From the NCBI GenBank assembly GCA_038087875.1, contig CM075998.1, forward strand, positions 6,698,001-6,762,000: DNA of 64,000 nt. Direction: 5' to 3'. Every line of letters begins with the position of its first letter. Within the stretch, counting starts at the first letter, position 1. The notes below the pieces were generated by a model, which was not told the DNA's origin, ran no database searches, and worked only from the letters and a program-made list of their open reading frames with translations. This stretch comes from Malacoraja senta. Its lineage: Eukaryota. The position numbers and the translations under genes were made by a program. Below, in pieces: positions 60,495-64,000 of this stretch.

Positions 60495-62803
60495 ATAGAA
60501 ACATAGAAACATAGAAAATAGGTGCAGGAGTAGGCCATTCGGCCCTTCAAGCCTGCACCGCCATTCAATATGATCATGGCTGATCATCCAACTCAGTATC
60601 CCGTGCCTGCCTTCTCTCCATACCCCCTGATCCCTTTAGCCACAAGGGCCACATCTAACTCCCTCTTAAATATAGCCAATGAACTGGCCTCAACTACCTT
60701 CTGTAGCAGAGAATTCCAGAGATTCACCACTCTCTGTGTGAAAATATTTGTTCTCATCTCGGTCCTAAAAGACTTCCCCCTTATCCTTAAACTGTGACCC
60801 CTTGTTCTGGACTTCCCCAACATCGGGAACAATCTTCCTGCATCTAGCCTGTCCAACCCCTTAAGAATTTTGTAAGTTTCTATAAGACCCCCCCTCAATC
60901 TTCAGAATTCTAGCGAGTACAAGCCGAGTCTATCCAGTCTTTCTTCATATGAAAGTCCTGACATCCCAGGAATCAGTCAGGTGAACCTTCTCTGTACTCC
61001 CTCTATGGCAAGAATGTCTTTCCTCAGATTAGGAGACCAAAACTGTACGCAATACTCCAGGTGTGGTCTCACCAAGACCCTGTACAACTGCAGTAGAACC
61101 CCCCTGCTCCTATACTCAAATTCTTTTGCTATGAATGCTAACATACCATTCACTTTCTTCACTGCCTGCTGCACCTGCATGCCTACTTTCAATGGTACAC
61201 AAAAATGCTGGAGAAACTCAGCGGGTGCAGCAGCATCTATGGAGCGCAGGAAATAGGTAACGTTTCGGGCCGAAACCCTTCTTCAGACTGATAGGGGATG
61301 GGGAGAAGAAAGGAAAAAAGGAAAAAGGCGGAGGAGGAGCCCGAGGGCTGGGGGAGGGGAGGAGACAACCAGATGGCTGATGAAGGGGAGGGGACAGCAA
61401 GGGCTAGCAGAATTGGGAGAATTCAATGTTCAAGCCCCCAGGATGTAGACTGCCCAAGCGGAATATGAGGTGCATTTCCTCCAATTTACGGTGTTGCTCG
61501 CTGTGGCCATGGAGGAGACCCAGGACAGAGAGGTCAGATACGGAATGGGAGGGGGAGTTGAAGTGCTGAGCCACCGGGAGGTCAGGTTGGTTATTGCGGA
61601 CCGACCGGAGGTGTTCGGCGAAACGATCGCCAAGCCTCCGCTTGGTCTCACCGATGTAGATCAGCTGGCATCTAGAGCAGCGGATGCAATAGATGAGGTT
61701 GGAGGAGATGCAGGTGAACCTCTGTCGCACCTGGAACGACTGCTTGGGTCCCTGAATGGAGTAGAGGGGGGAGGTGAAGGGACAAGTGTTGCATCTCTTG
61801 CGGTTGCAAGGGAAAGTACCAGGGGAGGGGGTGGTATGGGAGGGAAGGGAAGAATTGACAAGGGAGTTATGGAGGGAGCGGTCTTTGCGGAAGGCAGACA
61901 TGGGGGGAGATGGGAAGATGTGGCGAGTGGTGGGGTCATGTTGGAGGTGGCAAAACTGACGGAGGATCACTTGTTGTATGTGACGGCTGCTGGGGTGAAA
62001 GGTGAGGACTGTACCTTCGATTTTCCAGCATCTGCAGTTCCTTCTTTAACATTGTCTACTCCACTGCGAAATCTCGTCAAGGTATGCCTACTTTGAAGAA
62101 GTTCTCCTCCTCTCTCCGGAGACTGTTACCTATTTCCTTCGCTCCATAGATGCTGCTGCACCCGCTGAGTTTCTCCAGCATTTTTGTGTACCTTCGATTT
62201 TCCAGCATCTGCAGTTCCTTCTTTAACACTTTGCCTACTTTTAATGACTGGTGTACCATGACACCCAGGTCTCGTTGCATCTCCCCTTTTCCTAATCGGC
62301 CACCATTCAGATAATAGTCTACTTTCCTGATTTTGCCACCAAAGTGGATAACCTCACATTTATCCACATTATACTGCATCTGCCATGCATTTGCCCACTC
62401 ACCCAACCTATCCAAGTCACCTTGCAGCCTCCTAGCATCCTCCTCACAGCTAACACTGCCCCCCAGCTTCGTGTCAACCGCAAACTTGGAGATGTTGCAT
62501 TCAATTCCCTCGTCCAAATCATTAATATATATTGTAAATAGTTGGGGTCCCAGCACTGAGCCTTGCGGTACCCCACTAGTCACTGCCTGCCATTCTGAAA
62601 AGGACCCGTTTACTCCTACTCTTTGCTTCCTGTTTGCCAGCCAGTTCTCTATCCACATCAATACTGAACCCCCAATACCATGTGCTTTAAGTTTGTATAT
62701 TAATCTCTTATGTGGGACCTTGTCGAAAGCCTTCTGAAAGTCCAGATATAACACATCCACTGGTTCTCCCTTATCCACTCTACTAGTTACATCCTCGAAA
62801 AAT
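60495..62803 (-). mobile_element. CR1 LINE nested in the Gypsy integrase, itself interrupted by Penelope
   Basis: RT fragments 62230-62803 and 60495-61194; tttc duplicated at both junctions. Confidence 0.95.
61195..62229 (-). mobile_element. Penelope-like element with inverted terminal-repeat pieces, nested in CR1
   Basis: GIY-YIG ORF 61404-61970; hammerhead at 61259-61286; 15-bp TSD tgcctacttt(c/t)aatg. Confidence 0.93.
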
Positions 62804-63746
62804 TTCGAAGTTATCTCACCATTTTTCAGTCCACGGATCTCCGGGTAGACTGTTAACTGACAACGGCAGTCAATTCACCAGCCACCACTTCAGGGAGTTT
62901 GCTACACGCTGGAATTTTCGACACATTACCAGCTGCCCTGAATATCCAGTCGAATGGACTGGCTGAGCGGGCTGTCAAGAGTGCCAAACAGCTCATGGAA
63001 CGTTCACACAGAGTTAATTCCGATGTGTTCCTGGATCATGCAACATCTCCTGTGACCCCATTTTGGGTTCACCTGCTCAACGTTTATTGTCGAGGCAGAT
63101 CCATGCCATGGTGCCTGTGGCGGATCAGGCATTGATCCCACAGGTGATTCCACCTGAGGAGGTTCAGTCCAGGTTACAACAGAAGCGTCACGTTCAAAAA
63201 CAATGGTATGACAAAACAAGTAGGCCACTGCCACCATTGACCATGGGGCAGGTGGTTCGTTTACAGACTGACAAAAGCCAGGACCATATTGGTGTGATTT
63301 CTGGAGCTGCTTCTGAGCCACGCTCGTATCTGGTCAGTGCCAATGGCGGCACCTACAGGCGTAACAGACAACATATCCTGCCTGTGAACGAGCCAGTTCC
63401 TCCTCCGTATTATGCAGACCGTACAAGTATACTTCCGTCTGTGTCTAGCGGCACTCGTCCACCAATACCAGCACAACAACCCATGTCTGCAATGGCTCAT
63501 CTGCCAGTGGCGACTTCGCCTGCACCACAGTCTCTTGCTTCACCTCCGGGAATGCTGGTTCAGTCTCCCTCACCTGTGAAACCACCTGCTCTGTCCCCGG
63601 GGGGAAAGAATGGAGATGGTCTTTATCATACATGTGCTGGTCATGTTTGCAAGCCGGTTGTGAAGTACCCGGGCTATGTTAGACTTTCCTGCAGTTTATT
63701 ATCAATTAGAATGCATGCCTTACTTAGGGTTTGTACTGATGTTTAA
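62804..63746 (+). pseudogene. Gypsy integrase core and C-terminus remnant
   Basis: LLTDNGSQF, QSNGLAERAVK, SPAQRLLSR, PRSYLV...YRRNR. Confidence 0.9.
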
Positions 63747-63786
63747 TTCTTTAAGAGGGAGGATGTAGATCAGTGTCACTCATGTT

Positions 63787-64000
63787 ACAGAAACATAGAA
63801 ACATAGAAAATAGGTGCAGGAGTAGGCCATTCGGCCCTTCGAGCCTGCACCGCCATTCAATATGATCATGGCTGATCATCCAACTCAGTATCCTGTACCT
63901 GCTTTCTCTCCATACCCCCTGATCCCTTTAGCCACAAGGGCCACATCTAACTCCCTCTTAAGTTAACCTCACATTTATCCACATTATACTGCATGCATTG
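63787..64000 (-). mobile_element. CR1 3' end fragment inserted in the Gypsy 3' LTR
   Basis: (catagaaa)n tail and a 3' UTR of the same type as 38921-39080. Confidence 0.9.

Larger units (their letters stand above)
55585..63786 (+). mobile_element. Gypsy/Ty3 LTR retrotransposon, degraded and multiply interrupted; 3' LTR incomplete in this window
   Basis: 5' LTR TG..CA at 55585-55971, PBS tggtgtcaga at 55972, gag-PR-RT-IN order, PPT aagagggagga at 63753-63763, and 3' LTR start 63764-63786 identical to the 5' LTR start. Confidence 0.93.

Overview
This is eukaryotic vertebrate DNA. The repeat families (HE1-like V-SINEs, Deu-domain SINEs, CR1/HER1-like LINEs) suggest a cartilaginous fish, probably a skate or ray; that is an inference. 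The only host gene I can support is the 3' half of SPRYD3 on the + strand: four coding exons at 1011-1068, 33831-33950, 36030-36169 and 41924-42058, with a 32.8 kb intron and a probable 3' UTR to about 44230. The rest is a dense, nested transposable-element landscape: many CR1 LINEs (two with an intact RT region), Penelope-like elements and their short non-autonomous derivatives, three Tc1 (DD34E) copies from two families, an RTE LINE, a heavily interrupted Gypsy LTR element (55585 to window end), pogo-, hAT- and Harbinger-like MITEs, SINEs and simple repeats. The most notable signal is a minimal hammerhead-ribozyme motif (CTGAAGA-A-GGGTC-TC-GACCC-GAAAC-GTC). It lies in the Penelope terminal repeat and recurs in fold-back and single-arm short elements across the window, including sense copies inside the SPRYD3 intron; a 7x66-bp array amplifies only its 3' half. 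Other oddities are two such elements inserted at the same 12-bp site of two separate CR1 copies, a ~112-bp duplication flanking the RTE, and a chimeric two-family Tc1. All family names come from motif recognition, not database searches.
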